From the NCBI GenBank assembly GCA_037444405.1, contig JBBIML010000008.1, positions 154,957 through 218,956 of the forward strand: a stretch of 64,000 nt of DNA, given 5' to 3'. Source of the DNA: Armatimonadota bacterium (GTDB lineage Bacteria; Armatimonadota; Fimbriimonadia; Fimbriimonadales; GBS-DC). Below the pieces are notes generated by a model. It made no database searches. It saw only the letters and a list, made by a program, of their open reading frames with translations, and was not told where the DNA came from. This document shows, piece by piece, positions 27,695 through 37,250 of this stretch; position 1 is the stretch's first letter, and every line of letters begins with the position of its first letter. The translations under genes were made by a program, and so were the position numbers.

Positions 27695-30685
27695 TCACCA
27701 TCGAATCAGTACGGGTTCGAGCGGCTGGAGGGTGAGTTGCCCATCGATGCGCTCGCCCGTGAGGAGGTTGGTGGCGCGGATAGGCTGCTCCTTATCGTTG
27801 ACAAGGCGGACGGTGATGGGTTTGCGGGTGTAGTTGCAGAGGCTGGCGATGAAGCCGCCCTGATAGGGCGCGCTGCGATAGGCAACGCCCCACGCCGGCT
27901 GACCCTCACGATCCAGCAGGCGCAACGGACGATTGATGCCCCACTCGTTCAGCAGGCGATTCAGGCGCATGTGCAGCAGGCGGGCGTCCAGCAGCGGGTC
28001 GCGATCGATGGTCTGGATGGGCAGGCGCGAAGTGCGCGGGCGACCGTAGCGGTCAAAGCGCAGAATCGGCTCGCCCAGCCCGGCGAACGCGCCACCCCGC
28101 TGACGATAGCTGTCCAGCGCCGCCAGCGCCGAATCGGAAATATACTGTACTGCTGGCAGCACGATGCGCTTGCCCTCGGATGGCAGTTCGCGTGCCGCCG
28201 CCTGACGCTCGGTGATAAACCCGACGCGCACGCCCAGCATCGTCAGCGCGATATAGAGATTGTTGCGAGCCACCACCGCATCGGCGCCCTGCAACACCAG
28301 ATCCAGCGGCGAGTGATACAGATAGAGATCAGGCGGCTGGTTCTGCAGCGCGGCAATATAGGGCGCGAAGCGGTTCAGATCGAGCGCGGTGTGCGCCAGC
28401 GATTCGATCAGTGCAGGGCGATGGAGCAGGCTGCCCGCGAAATCGCTGGTGGGGTCATCGGTGCGCTCCCACACCCAGAAGGTGGTCGCTGATAGCCCGT
28501 GCAGCGCCGCCTCCCACAGCGCGGCGCGCCCATGCGTGGGTGGCACCACCCGCTGCTCCCGATCCGGGATAATGTGGTTCTCCGAGTTGAAAATGGGCGC
28601 GTCGCGCAGGGAGCGCTGCAGGTCGTGCGCCATCAGCGTGCCCACCCAGTCGAACGCCCACTGCGCATCGGGCGCATGCAGATAGTAGAGGCTGGCGTCG
28701 TTGCCGTTCAGCTCGCAGAACGGCGCAAATAGCTCGGGATCGATACCTGCCCGCTGCTCCCGATCGCTCAGAAACAGCCAGCTCATCAGCTTGGCATGCA
28801 CGGGCATATTCGGCAGGTCGCGTTTGACCGCCTGCGCCAGCGCACGATGCCAGCTTGCCATCCACTCCTGATTGAACTCGCAGAACTCGGCATAGGGCGC
28901 ACCTTCGGTCGGGATGGGAATCTCCTCCCAGCTCTGATAGTTCGTCTGCCAGCGGGTGTTGAGCGTGATGAGCGTCTTATGGCGGTTGCGCAGCCATTCG
29001 CGCCACTCCTTCAGCTGGAAGGGCGACTGCGGGTCTTCAATATTCACCGGTTCGTTGGAGAGGCAGATGCTGTTGAGCGCAGGCTGATTGCGCAGGTAGG
29101 GGGCGAAGCGGGCAATATAGTCGCGCAGCAGGCGCAGGCTCTGCGGGGCGAAGGTGCTGTATTGAATGAAGCCCTCACGCGGCTGGCGCAGCTCCGGATA
29201 CTCCTGCAACACCCAGTCGGGCATATAGTGGGGGCTGATGAGCAAATCAACGCGCACATTCGCCTGCGCCGCGCGACGCAGCACGGGCAGGATATCGTTC
29301 TCCAGCTTCTGCAGGCTGACCTCGCCCTTGTGCGGAAAGATGTCCCGCACGCCCATCTCGATCTGGATGAGATTGAAGCCCATGCGGGGGAGCTTTTCCA
29401 GGTCTTCACGCACTTTGCCGAAGTGTCCGAATCCGACGAAGAACACGGGGCGTCGCTCGCGCCGTCCTGTAAGCGGGTCGATCGTGTCGGCAATCAGCGA
29501 GGCGCCGTTGATGTCCACGCGCGAGGTTATATAGCGGGGCACGGTGGGCAGGCGCCGCCTGCCGTTCAGCACCTCCTGAAGCGTGGTATCCAGCCGTTGC
29601 GCCATCGGCTCCATCTCGTCCAGCTGCTGGAAGGCGCGCGGTAGCAGCCCTTTCTGCAAATCGTCAGCCACATAGCGCACGAACTCCTGCAGGATGGTGA
29701 AGCTGGCGAGCGGGTAGGCGATATCCTGCCCGCGCTGGCGAACGGCGTTGAGCTGAGTCTGCCAGCGGGGTAGCGACTGGCGAATGGCGTCCAGTCGCTG
29801 TTGCGCTTCGCGGCGAGTGAAGAAGCGCAGCGGTCGGCTCGCTTCGACGGTGGGCTTGTCGGGCGCACTGATGCGAACCTGCAGGCGCTGGTCGCGGGTG
29901 GGCGGCTCACCGAACTGAAACACGGCGCGCACCATGCCGGCTGGCAAATCGGCTTGCTGTTCCACGCGCTGCTCGCCCAGTTGCACCTCCACGCGCACGC
30001 CCTGTGCCGCCGACGGCAGGTAGAACTCCACCGCCCCACGCCATACAGGGTCTGCCAGATAAACGGAATCGGGCAAATCGGCGAGCGTCAGCAGGGGGCG
30101 GTCGGGTGTTTCCGCGGGCACGAACGCGCTCATCTCGCGCCCCGCTTCAAGTTTCAGATCGTCAATATACAGTCCTTCGGTGGGCGCCTCGATGGTGATG
30201 ACCAGCTCGAAGTTGGTCTCGTCGCTGGCGGTGGCGAAGGTGATCGATGCCCGCTTCCATTGCCCGCCTGTGTCTTCGAAGGGCAATCGCACGCGCCAGT
30301 TCCTACCGCCGCCCACGAAGCCGAGATAGCTTCCCTGCGCCCTGTAGCGCACGCTCAGCGTGTAGATGCTATCGGGCTGCACGGGCACGCCACCCTCATA
30401 GCGCAATAAGCCGTACACATTGGAGCCGAACGGGGTCGTGCTGGTCAGCTTCAGGCAGCGCGCGCCCGTCGCCGCGTCGCCCTCCACGACGGTCAGGGTC
30501 GCATCGGTGTTGCGTTTGTCCCATTGCCAGCCGACGGGCAAGCCGTTCTGAACCTGTTCAAAGCTGCCGTTGCGTATCAGGTTGGGGCGAACGGGTGTGG
30601 AAATGGGGATCAGTTGCAGGCTATTCTGGGCATGAGCGGCGCCCATCAGCAGAAACAGAATCAGCCCTCCTGTCAGCCTCCGCAT
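27695..30685 (-). CDS. Secreted GH42-like beta-galactosidase-family protein with N-terminal CBM4/9-like domain
   Basis: Signal peptide; NLIRNGSFE...YIDDLKL CBM; LSNEP acid/base motif; WLRNRH..LNTRW; NSENH; trimerisation-like tail. Confidence 0.78.
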   Translation of the reverse strand: MRRLTGGLILFLLMGAAHAQNSLQLIPISTPVRPNLIRNGSFEQVQNGLPVGWQWDKRNTDATLTVVEGDAATGARCLKLTSTTPFGSNVYGLLRYEGGVPVQPDSIYTLSVRYRAQGSYLGFVGGGRNWRVRLPFEDTGGQWKRASITFATASDETNFELVITIEAPTEGLYIDDLKLEAGREMSAFVPAETPDRPLLTLADLPDSVYLADPVWRGAVEFYLPSAAQGVRVEVQLGEQRVEQQADLPAGMVRAVFQFGEPPTRDQRLQVRISAPDKPTVEASRPLRFFTRREAQQRLDAIRQSLPRWQTQLNAVRQRGQDIAYPLASFTILQEFVRYVADDLQKGLLPRAFQQLDEMEPMAQRLDTTLQEVLNGRRRLPTVPRYITSRVDINGASLIADTIDPLTGRRERRPVFFVGFGHFGKVREDLEKLPRMGFNLIQIEMGVRDIFPHKGEVSLQKLENDILPVLRRAAQANVRVDLLISPHYMPDWVLQEYPELRQPREGFIQYSTFAPQSLRLLRDYIARFAPYLRNQPALNSICLSNEPVNIEDPQSPFQLKEWREWLRNRHKTLITLNTRWQTNYQSWEEIPIPTEGAPYAEFCEFNQEWMASWHRALAQAVKRDLPNMPVHAKLMSWLFLSDREQRAGIDPELFAPFCELNGNDASLYYLHAPDAQWAFDWVGTLMAHDLQRSLRDAPIFNSENHIIPDREQRVVPPTHGRAALWEAALHGLSATTFWVWERTDDPTSDFAGSLLHRPALIESLAHTALDLNRFAPYIAALQNQPPDLYLYHSPLDLVLQGADAVVARNNLYIALTMLGVRVGFITERQAAARELPSEGKRIVLPAVQYISDSALAALDSYRQRGGAFAGLGEPILRFDRYGRPRTSRLPIQTIDRDPLLDARLLHMRLNRLLNEWGINRPLRLLDREGQPAWGVAYRSAPYQGGFIASLCNYTRKPITVRLVNDKEQPIRATNLLTGERIDGQLTLQPLEPVLIRW

Positions 30686-30709
30686 GCGCGTCTCCCTCCA
30701 TGTGATGGA

Positions 30710-30784
30710 TGGCGCCCCCGGCAGGAATCGAACCTGCGCACCAGGCTCCGGAGGCCTGCGCTCTATCCACTGAGCTACGGGGGC
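30710..30784 (-). tRNA. tRNA-Arg(CCG)
   Basis: GCCCCCGTAGCTCAGTGGATAGAGC, CAGGC-CTCCGGA-GCCTG, GGTTCGATTCC, GCCA end. Confidence 0.96.
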
Positions 30785-30826
30785 GCGCCCTTAATTAATA
30801 CCCGAATCGGTCGGGTATAATCCACC

Positions 30827-31984
30827 GTGTCTGTGAAACATTTCACGGAGGCGGGCATGCGCGTCCCGGAGCTGATTCTGGGCAAGGAGCTGATGCCCCT
30901 GTATGGGAAGGTGCGGAACGGCGAGCGCCTCTCCTTCGAAGATGGGCTGCTGCTCTATCGCACGCCGAACCTTTCAGGCGTCGGCTACCTGGCGAATATG
31001 GTGCGCGAGCGTCTGCACGGCAACCGCGCCTATTATATCCGCAATCTGCACATCAACTACACCAACATCTGCAACAAGGGTTGCAAGTTCTGCTCGTTTT
31101 ATGCGAAGAAGGGCGGACCGAAGCCCTACACACTCACGATGGACGAGGTGCGCGAGCGATTGCGTGCCTATCGCGACATTCCCATCACGGAGGTGCATGT
31201 GGTCGGCGGGGTGAACCCGCGCCTGCCCTATCAATATTATCTCGACCTCATTCACACCATCCGGCAGGAGCGCCCTGAAGTGCATATCAAAGCGTTCACG
31301 GCGGTGGAGTGGGAAGAGATAGCCCGTGTCGCCCGCAAGCCGCTTGGAGAGGTGCTGCTGGAGATGAAAGCAGCGGGGCTGGGCAGTGTGCCCGGCGGTG
31401 GTATTGAGGTGTTGAGCGACCGCGTCCACGCCGAGCTGTTCCCCAAAAAGATCGACGGCAGGCGCTGGATGGAGATTGCCCGCGAGATTGCCCGCGCGGG
31501 TTTGCCCCAGTATGCCACCCTGCTTTACGGCATGGGCGAGACGATTGAAGAGCGCATTCAACACTTTATCGCCCTGCGCGAGCTACAGGACGAAACAGGG
31601 CACTTCCTGGCGCTGACCCCGCTCGCGTTCCATCCCGAAGGCACCGAACTCGCACACCTGCCCCACACCACAGGCTACGACGACCTGCGCAATATCGCCG
31701 TCGCCCGCCTGATGCTCGATAACTTCCCGCATATTAAGTCATTCTGGATTATGAACACGCCTGCCGTCACGCAGGTTGCGCTCTGGTACGGCGCGGACGA
31801 TGTGGATGGCACGGTGCATGAGTACGAGATTGTGTATCAGGACGACGCGCCGGGCGTGCGCCAGCAGGTGCTGACCCGTGCGCAGCTGATTCGGCTGATT
31901 CGCGAGGCGGGGCGCGAACCTGTGGAGCGTGATAGCCTCTATAATATCGTGCCCAGCGACAGGGAAGGCGCGCTGACCGTCTAA
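30827..31984 (+). CDS. mqnE: Aminofutalosine synthase (radical SAM, futalosine pathway)
   Basis: CNKGCKFC, EVHVVGG, HIKAFTAVE and RLMLDNFPHIKSFW motifs. Start is either 30827 (leaderless GTG) or 30857 (ATG with GGAGG). Confidence 0.88.
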   Translation: MSVKHFTEAGMRVPELILGKELMPLYGKVRNGERLSFEDGLLLYRTPNLSGVGYLANMVRERLHGNRAYYIRNLHINYTNICNKGCKFCSFYAKKGGPKPYTLTMDEVRERLRAYRDIPITEVHVVGGVNPRLPYQYYLDLIHTIRQERPEVHIKAFTAVEWEEIARVARKPLGEVLLEMKAAGLGSVPGGGIEVLSDRVHAELFPKKIDGRRWMEIAREIARAGLPQYATLLYGMGETIEERIQHFIALRELQDETGHFLALTPLAFHPEGTELAHLPHTTGYDDLRNIAVARLMLDNFPHIKSFWIMNTPAVTQVALWYGADDVDGTVHEYEIVYQDDAPGVRQQVLTRAQLIRLIREAGREPVERDSLYNIVPSDREGALTV

Positions 31985-32008
31985 ACCTCCGCATGGAGGG
32001 ACTGAACG

Positions 32009-32350
32009 ATGCGATGGATACGGCTGACGGTGCTGATAGCGACGGTGGGGCTGTTCGGTTTTTTGAGCGGGGTCGTGTGGATGAAGCCTGTTCGCGAGGC
32101 GCAGCGCAAACCGCGCGTGCAGGATTCGGTCGTCGCCCGCGAGTTCAAACTGGTTGATAGCGAGGGCAGGGTGCGTGCCGAGTTGGGCATCCCGTTCGGC
32201 GAGCCAGTGCTGTTCCTGTACGACCGTGCGGGCAAGCCGCGCGCCTGGCTGACGCTGGATAGTCAGGGCAACCCGCGCCTGATGTTTGTGGACAAAAATG
32301 ATGCTCCGCTCTGGCAGGCGCCCCCGGCGGAGGCGAAAGCGTCGCCATGA
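32009..32350 (+). CDS. Membrane-anchored hypothetical protein
   Basis: N-terminal TM segment; repeated 'LxDxxGxxRA' beta units; SD GGAGG. Confidence 0.75.
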   Translation: MRWIRLTVLIATVGLFGFLSGVVWMKPVREAQRKPRVQDSVVAREFKLVDSEGRVRAELGIPFGEPVLFLYDRAGKPRAWLTLDSQGNPRLMFVDKNDAPLWQAPPAEAKASP

Positions 32351-32709
32351 TTGGTGGTATCGGCATCGATTCTATCGAGCTGTGTCGCATCGAGCGGGTG
32401 TGGCATCGCCAGCCGCGCTTCGTGGAGCGGATTCTGACCCCTGCGGAACGCGACTACTGCCTGCGCGCGCCGCGCCTCGCGCTCCAGCGCATCGCGGGAC
32501 GCTGGGCTGCCAAAGAAGCCATCGCCAAAGCCGTCGGGCGCCCCCTGCGCTGGCAGGAGGTCGAAATCCTGCCCGATGAGCAGGGCGCACCCCGCGTGCA
32601 GCTGTACGGACACTCCGCCCAGCTCGCAGGCGCGGGCAAATTGCTGGTGAGCATCACGCACACCCGCACCGACGCGCTGGCAATCGCTCTCTGGATCCAC
32701 GAGCCATGA
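32347..32709 (+). CDS. acpS: Holo-ACP synthase
   Basis: GIGID, GRWAAKEAIAKA and VSITHT motifs. Confidence 0.95.
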   Translation: MIGGIGIDSIELCRIERVWHRQPRFVERILTPAERDYCLRAPRLALQRIAGRWAAKEAIAKAVGRPLRWQEVEILPDEQGAPRVQLYGHSAQLAGAGKLLVSITHTRTDALAIALWIHEP

Positions 32710-33335
32710 AACGAATCGTGATTTTAGTGTCAGGCAAGGCGCGTGGCACGAACATGGCAGCAATCATCGACGCCTGCCAGCGCGGGGAGATACCCGACAG
32801 CCAGGTGGTGCTGGTGATTGGCACACGCGCCGACGCGCCCGCGCTCGAAAAAGCCCGCGAGCGCGGCGTGCCCACCTGCATCATCGATCCCGGAGCCTTT
32901 CCCGACGACGAGGCGTACGGCGACGCGCTCCTGCGCACACTGAGCGAGGTGCAACCCGACCTTATCTGCCTGGCAGGCTATGTGCGCCTGCTGCCCGCGA
33001 AGGTGGTGCGCGCCTATCCCTATCGCATTCTGAACATCCATCCCGCCCTTTTGCCACTGTTCGGCGGCAGGGGCATGTACGGTCTGCGCGTGCATGAAGC
33101 CGTGCTTCAAAGCGGCATGAAAGTCGCGGGCTGTACCGTGCATTTTGTGGACGAGCAGTACGACACGGGTCCCATCGTGCTGCAGAGCGTGATTGAGGTT
33201 CACGACGACGACACGCCCGAAACGCTGGCGGCGCGGCTGCTGCCCGTGGAGCATGCGACCTACATTCGCGCGATTCGGCTCTTTGTGGAGGGGCGGTTGC
33301 GCGTGGAGGGGCGGCGCGTGCGCATCGACGCCTAA
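32706..33335 (+). CDS. purN: Phosphoribosylglycinamide formyltransferase
   Basis: SG..GTN, LAGY, LNIHPALLP and GCTVHFVD..YDTGPI motifs. Confidence 0.97.
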   Translation: MKRIVILVSGKARGTNMAAIIDACQRGEIPDSQVVLVIGTRADAPALEKARERGVPTCIIDPGAFPDDEAYGDALLRTLSEVQPDLICLAGYVRLLPAKVVRAYPYRILNIHPALLPLFGGRGMYGLRVHEAVLQSGMKVAGCTVHFVDEQYDTGPIVLQSVIEVHDDDTPETLAARLLPVEHATYIRAIRLFVEGRLRVEGRRVRIDA

Positions 33336-33772
33336 CGCCAGAACGCGAAACGCAGGATTCCGTGAACCAGCCACGCCAGGATCAGAATAATCAGCCCCCA
33401 GTTAAGCAGCAGGGGATGGATACGGACGCCACGCCGGAAAATCAGCACCATCAGGCTGTTGATGCCGAGCGCGAGCGCGCCCACCAGCACCACAATCCCG
33501 AACGGGTTCGCCCGCCAGCCCAGTTGCCAGTCGCCGTGCAGCCATGCGCTGACGCTGGTGGTCAGCCCGCATGAGGGGCACGGGCGACCCGTGAGAAAGT
33601 AGACACTGCATGGGGGCAGGTGCAGCTGCTGGTGCGTGCCGTGTCCCGACGGGTTCGGCTCCAGATACAGCCCCAGCCCGATCAGGGTCAGCACGCTCAG
33701 CACAATTAGCGCGTGCCCGAGCCGCGCCGCCCGATCAACCGGCGTGCAGGTAACAATCTCCACCGCCTTCAT
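33332..33772 (-). CDS. DUF2752-family membrane protein
   Basis: HQQLHLPPC...TGRPCPSCGLTT...NPFG motif with three TM segments. Confidence 0.85.
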   Translation of the reverse strand: MKAVEIVTCTPVDRAARLGHALIVLSVLTLIGLGLYLEPNPSGHGTHQQLHLPPCSVYFLTGRPCPSCGLTTSVSAWLHGDWQLGWRANPFGIVVLVGALALGINSLMVLIFRRGVRIHPLLLNWGLIILILAWLVHGILRFAFWR

Positions 33773-34440
33773 AGCAACAGATACTCGCCCAGAGCTGGCT
33801 CGCGCCGCGCCCCGTGCGGCTGCGGGATCGGCACGCCCAGCCGTCGCGTGAAATCGAACAGCACATGCGCGTCGTTGAGCGGGTAGTCGTCATCCTCGTG
33901 GGCGTACAGCTCGGCGTCCGACTCCCACTCCTCCTCGGTGAGCGGGATCAGGTACGGTTCGATCTCCTCTGGCTCCACTTTGAACAGTTCGCCGAGCAGG
34001 CGCGCCTCACCACAGAACTCGCTGATGTCGCCTGCCATCAGCTCCGCCAGCTCCGACGGCAGCGCCGCCAGCACCGTCTCAGGGTCGTTCACATAGGCGT
34101 CCTGCAGCGCGCCGTCCTGAAACACCATGTAGCTCCACAGCTCGCTCTCCTGCAGCGCGAAGCTCACCACCGCCGTCTCCAGGTCCTGTGACAGATGCTG
34201 GAGCACCCCATAGAAATCTTCGGCGTCCAGAGCGAAGGTGTCGGGCATAATGAAGCGTTGCCAGCCGTTGAGGGGCGCAAAACGATAGAACCGATCTTCG
34301 GGGTCCAGCTCCCACTCCTGAAGCGCCGTCTCGTTGGGTTCCAGCTCGATTTCGTAATCTTGCAGGAACCGCTGGAGCGAGCGGATAACCTCCGTGTGAT
34401 CCTGTGTGCGCACGATCAGATAGTGTATGTTGAGTGCCAT
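33769..34440 (-). CDS. Acidic hypothetical protein
   Basis: Clean ORF coupled to both neighbours; very D/E-rich. Confidence 0.75.
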   Translation of the reverse strand: MALNIHYLIVRTQDHTEVIRSLQRFLQDYEIELEPNETALQEWELDPEDRFYRFAPLNGWQRFIMPDTFALDAEDFYGVLQHLSQDLETAVVSFALQESELWSYMVFQDGALQDAYVNDPETVLAALPSELAELMAGDISEFCGEARLLGELFKVEPEEIEPYLIPLTEEEWESDAELYAHEDDDYPLNDAHVLFDFTRRLGVPIPQPHGARREPALGEYLLL

Positions 34441-34441
34441 A

Positions 34442-35050
34442 TCAGTCCTCCCCCAGCTGGAAGAGCAGGCTCCAGCTGGTTCGTTGCTGGATGATGCTGG
34501 CGCGCAGTTGCAGTTGCGGGATGGGTTGCCAGACGAAGGCGGCGTTCATGTTCCGCCCTGTATGCTCGGCAAGGATGAACAGCTGGTTGGTGAGCGGGAT
34601 TTCGAAGCCGACGAACAGCGGGGGCATCCCTTCGAAGCCGACGCCCAGATGGAAGCGCAGGTCGTGATCCAGTGGGGTCTCGCCCAGCGTCGGCACACTG
34701 TAAGAGAGCGCCAGATAGTAGCCGCGCCCGCTCGCTGTGCGATCGAACAGGTCGACGACGCCAACCGACAACCCAGGCGTGTAGCCCGCGATTTCGGGGT
34801 AGAGGTTCACCTGCACGCCCACAAGGTCGGCTCTGCTGCCCTGTCCCGTCTGTACCGCCGACAGCTCCAGATAGTCGCCCAGCCGCCAGTTGAGCAGCCA
34901 GCGCTCGCGCGTCCGATCTGTGCGCAGCACGCCCAGCTCCACCTTGAAAAACTGCGGATAGAGCAGCCGACCCGTCGGCATCTCAATTACCCGGTCGGCG
35001 CGTGCCCATCCGCAAAGAAGCAGGGCAAGCATCACCCAGCCCATTCGCAT
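34442..35050 (-). CDS. Exported beta-barrel-like protein (YjbH-like)
   Basis: Signal peptide; 'IEMPTG' start; alternating beta strands; 'LSVGVVDL'. Confidence 0.7.
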   Translation of the reverse strand: MRMGWVMLALLLCGWARADRVIEMPTGRLLYPQFFKVELGVLRTDRTRERWLLNWRLGDYLELSAVQTGQGSRADLVGVQVNLYPEIAGYTPGLSVGVVDLFDRTASGRGYYLALSYSVPTLGETPLDHDLRFHLGVGFEGMPPLFVGFEIPLTNQLFILAEHTGRNMNAAFVWQPIPQLQLRASIIQQRTSWSLLFQLGED

Positions 35051-35207
35051 GGTAGAAGTGTACCTGTTTTCGCATCCCGTTGCCCGCAGTCAATCCCTCA
35101 CCTGCGTGCCTTTTCGTGCGTCGAGCGCGGTGGAACACGGCAGAAAGGTAAACTTTTTATGGACGCGATTCAGCGGCGGAGCCGTCTAAAATAGCGGGAG
35201 GTGGACG

Positions 35208-37250
35208 ATGCGCTGGCTGTATATTGTCGCGCTGGTGCTGCTGGTGAGCATCGGCATTCTGGCGCTGCATCCGGGCACGGCGTTCCTCGTGCGCTGGCAA
35301 GCTGAGAAGCTCACCCACTACACCGAGCGTAAAAAGCTCTATGAAAGATTTCACGATCCGTATCACTATATTATTGCCGCAGTATCGCAGCATTTGTACT
35401 CCTATAAGCATTTCACTCTGCGCTATCAGGCGGAGACCCGTCGTTATCTGCAGGCGTGTGAACCACTGCTCAGGGCGCACCCTGGCGACGCGCAGATTGC
35501 GACGCTTCACATCCTGCTCAAACATGCAACGGACAATCAACAGAGGTATTTCATTCCAGATGTGTATTTTGAACCAGAATTCTTACCGAACCTGGTCATG
35601 ATAATCGATAACCCACATTTTTATGATCCCCCGTCGTCGCCTTTGTCGCCGAAGGTGGTCGCTGACCTTCGGGCGTTATATCGGCGGTTCCCATCGGAGA
35701 AAGGTTTGCTGGCGTTCCTGCTGCTGGCTGAGGCGAATCGGCTGGGGCTGAAACGCAAAGAGGTTCAGAACCTCTTCTTTTATCGGTTAGGGCAGACGGG
35801 ACCAGCCGGGGCTAAGTTCTGGCATTTGGGCGACAGGCGGAATGAGGAGGCGGGCAGGCGCGTGCTGGCGCTGGCGCGTGAGGGCGAGCGACTGGAGCCA
35901 GAGAATGGCTTCTTCACCTGGATGCGGGCAATCGCACTGCTGGAGCTGGGGCGGGATACGGAGGCGTTTCAGGCGTTGCAGGAGGCGGCTCGCAAACCGC
36001 GCTGGAACGACCATCGCGCATGGTTCATCGAGGCTCAATACAGACTGATGACCCATCCCCAGATAGGGTATCCTTTGCGCTCCGCTGAAAAGGGGTTCTC
36101 GGAGCAGTTCGCAGACACTGCTACCAATTTGCCCTTCTGCTATACGCTGGCGACCCGCCTGTTTGTGGGGCTGGCGGCAGCGCATGAAGAGCGCGGCGAG
36201 TGGCGCAAAGGGTTGACCATCCGCATGGCGCTGGCGCGCACCATCGCCCAGATGCGCCATCAGCAAAGTTCTGTCGACTGGATCAGCCAGAGCGCGGACC
36301 TGCTTCGGCTGGTGGGGCTGTTCCCTGCCAGAAAGATGGCACCGCCCGAACACAAAGCCGACCGAGCCACGCGCCAGTACGCTTATCGACTGATGTCGGA
36401 AGCGAGGTGTAATGTGTCCAGCGCGTTGCGCTGGGGCTTCTTCCTGAACACGCTGCGCGAGCGCGGCTTCACGCGCGAGGCGGAATGGCTCGAAAATGAG
36501 CTGCGTACCAATCAGCGGACGGAGGCGCTGCTTCAGCAGTTCGGCGAGCGACTGAGTGGCTATCCAGGATGGTGGTGGATGTTTCGCGAACGGTGGCAGG
36601 CGATGAGCCATCGCTGGGCGCTGGTGGGCGCGTTCTGCCTGTGGCTGGCGCTGTTGACCCTGCTGGGCGCCGTGCTGACCAGCGTCAGCCGCTGGCTGCG
36701 CATGCCCGACGCGGTGCTGCTGACGCTGCTGTTCACGCTGGGAGCGGTGGGCGCGTTCAGCCTCGTGCTGTCCGATGCAGGCGCCCGAATCGTGCATGAG
36801 ACGCTCGTTCGCCTGCGGGAACTGGTGGGAAGCTCTGGCTGGTCATTTTATTCACCGTATCCGCATGCGCCTGTCGTGCTATCAACCCCTGCTTCGCCGG
36901 CTTCACGCAAGCAGCAGTTCATCCACTGGCTGCTGGACAACCCGCATGCGCTGCAAATGGCGCTGGGCGTGCTGACCTTTGTGTTGCTGCTGATGGTGGT
37001 GCTGCTGATTGCGCTGGTTCAGCATCGGCGGTCAGGTGAGGGCTTCTCGTCGCTGAAGTCGGCTGTATGGGCGAGCTGTATCCTCTTTCTGCTGGCGTAT
37101 CTGGGCGCAGTGGGCAACTACTTCGCTCTTCAGCGGCACTATCTCGATGTCCAACGCGGTTGCCAGATGGGGGGTAGCGCGTATGTGTCGCGCGTGACGG
37201 GTCAGCCTGTGCCCGCGCCCCAGCCGCTGCCGCAATCGGCGTCGAACTAA
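35208..37250 (+). CDS. Hypothetical membrane protein (helical periplasmic domain, C-terminal TMs)
   Basis: N-terminal TM segment; 'GERLEPENGFF...AARKPRWND' motif; about 4 C-terminal TM segments; SD GGGAGG. Confidence 0.75.
   Translation: MRWLYIVALVLLVSIGILALHPGTAFLVRWQAEKLTHYTERKKLYERFHDPYHYIIAAVSQHLYSYKHFTLRYQAETRRYLQACEPLLRAHPGDAQIATLHILLKHATDNQQRYFIPDVYFEPEFLPNLVMIIDNPHFYDPPSSPLSPKVVADLRALYRRFPSEKGLLAFLLLAEANRLGLKRKEVQNLFFYRLGQTGPAGAKFWHLGDRRNEEAGRRVLALAREGERLEPENGFFTWMRAIALLELGRDTEAFQALQEAARKPRWNDHRAWFIEAQYRLMTHPQIGYPLRSAEKGFSEQFADTATNLPFCYTLATRLFVGLAAAHEERGEWRKGLTIRMALARTIAQMRHQQSSVDWISQSADLLRLVGLFPARKMAPPEHKADRATRQYAYRLMSEARCNVSSALRWGFFLNTLRERGFTREAEWLENELRTNQRTEALLQQFGERLSGYPGWWWMFRERWQAMSHRWALVGAFCLWLALLTLLGAVLTSVSRWLRMPDAVLLTLLFTLGAVGAFSLVLSDAGARIVHETLVRLRELVGSSGWSFYSPYPHAPVVLSTPASPASRKQQFIHWLLDNPHALQMALGVLTFVLLLMVVLLIALVQHRRSGEGFSSLKSAVWASCILFLLAYLGAVGNYFALQRHYLDVQRGCQMGGSAYVSRVTGQPVPAPQPLPQSASN

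Noticed and set aside
30686..30784. Integrative element at tRNA-Arg or tRNA-Val
   Set aside because: No integrase and no duplicated tRNA 3' end were found downstream.
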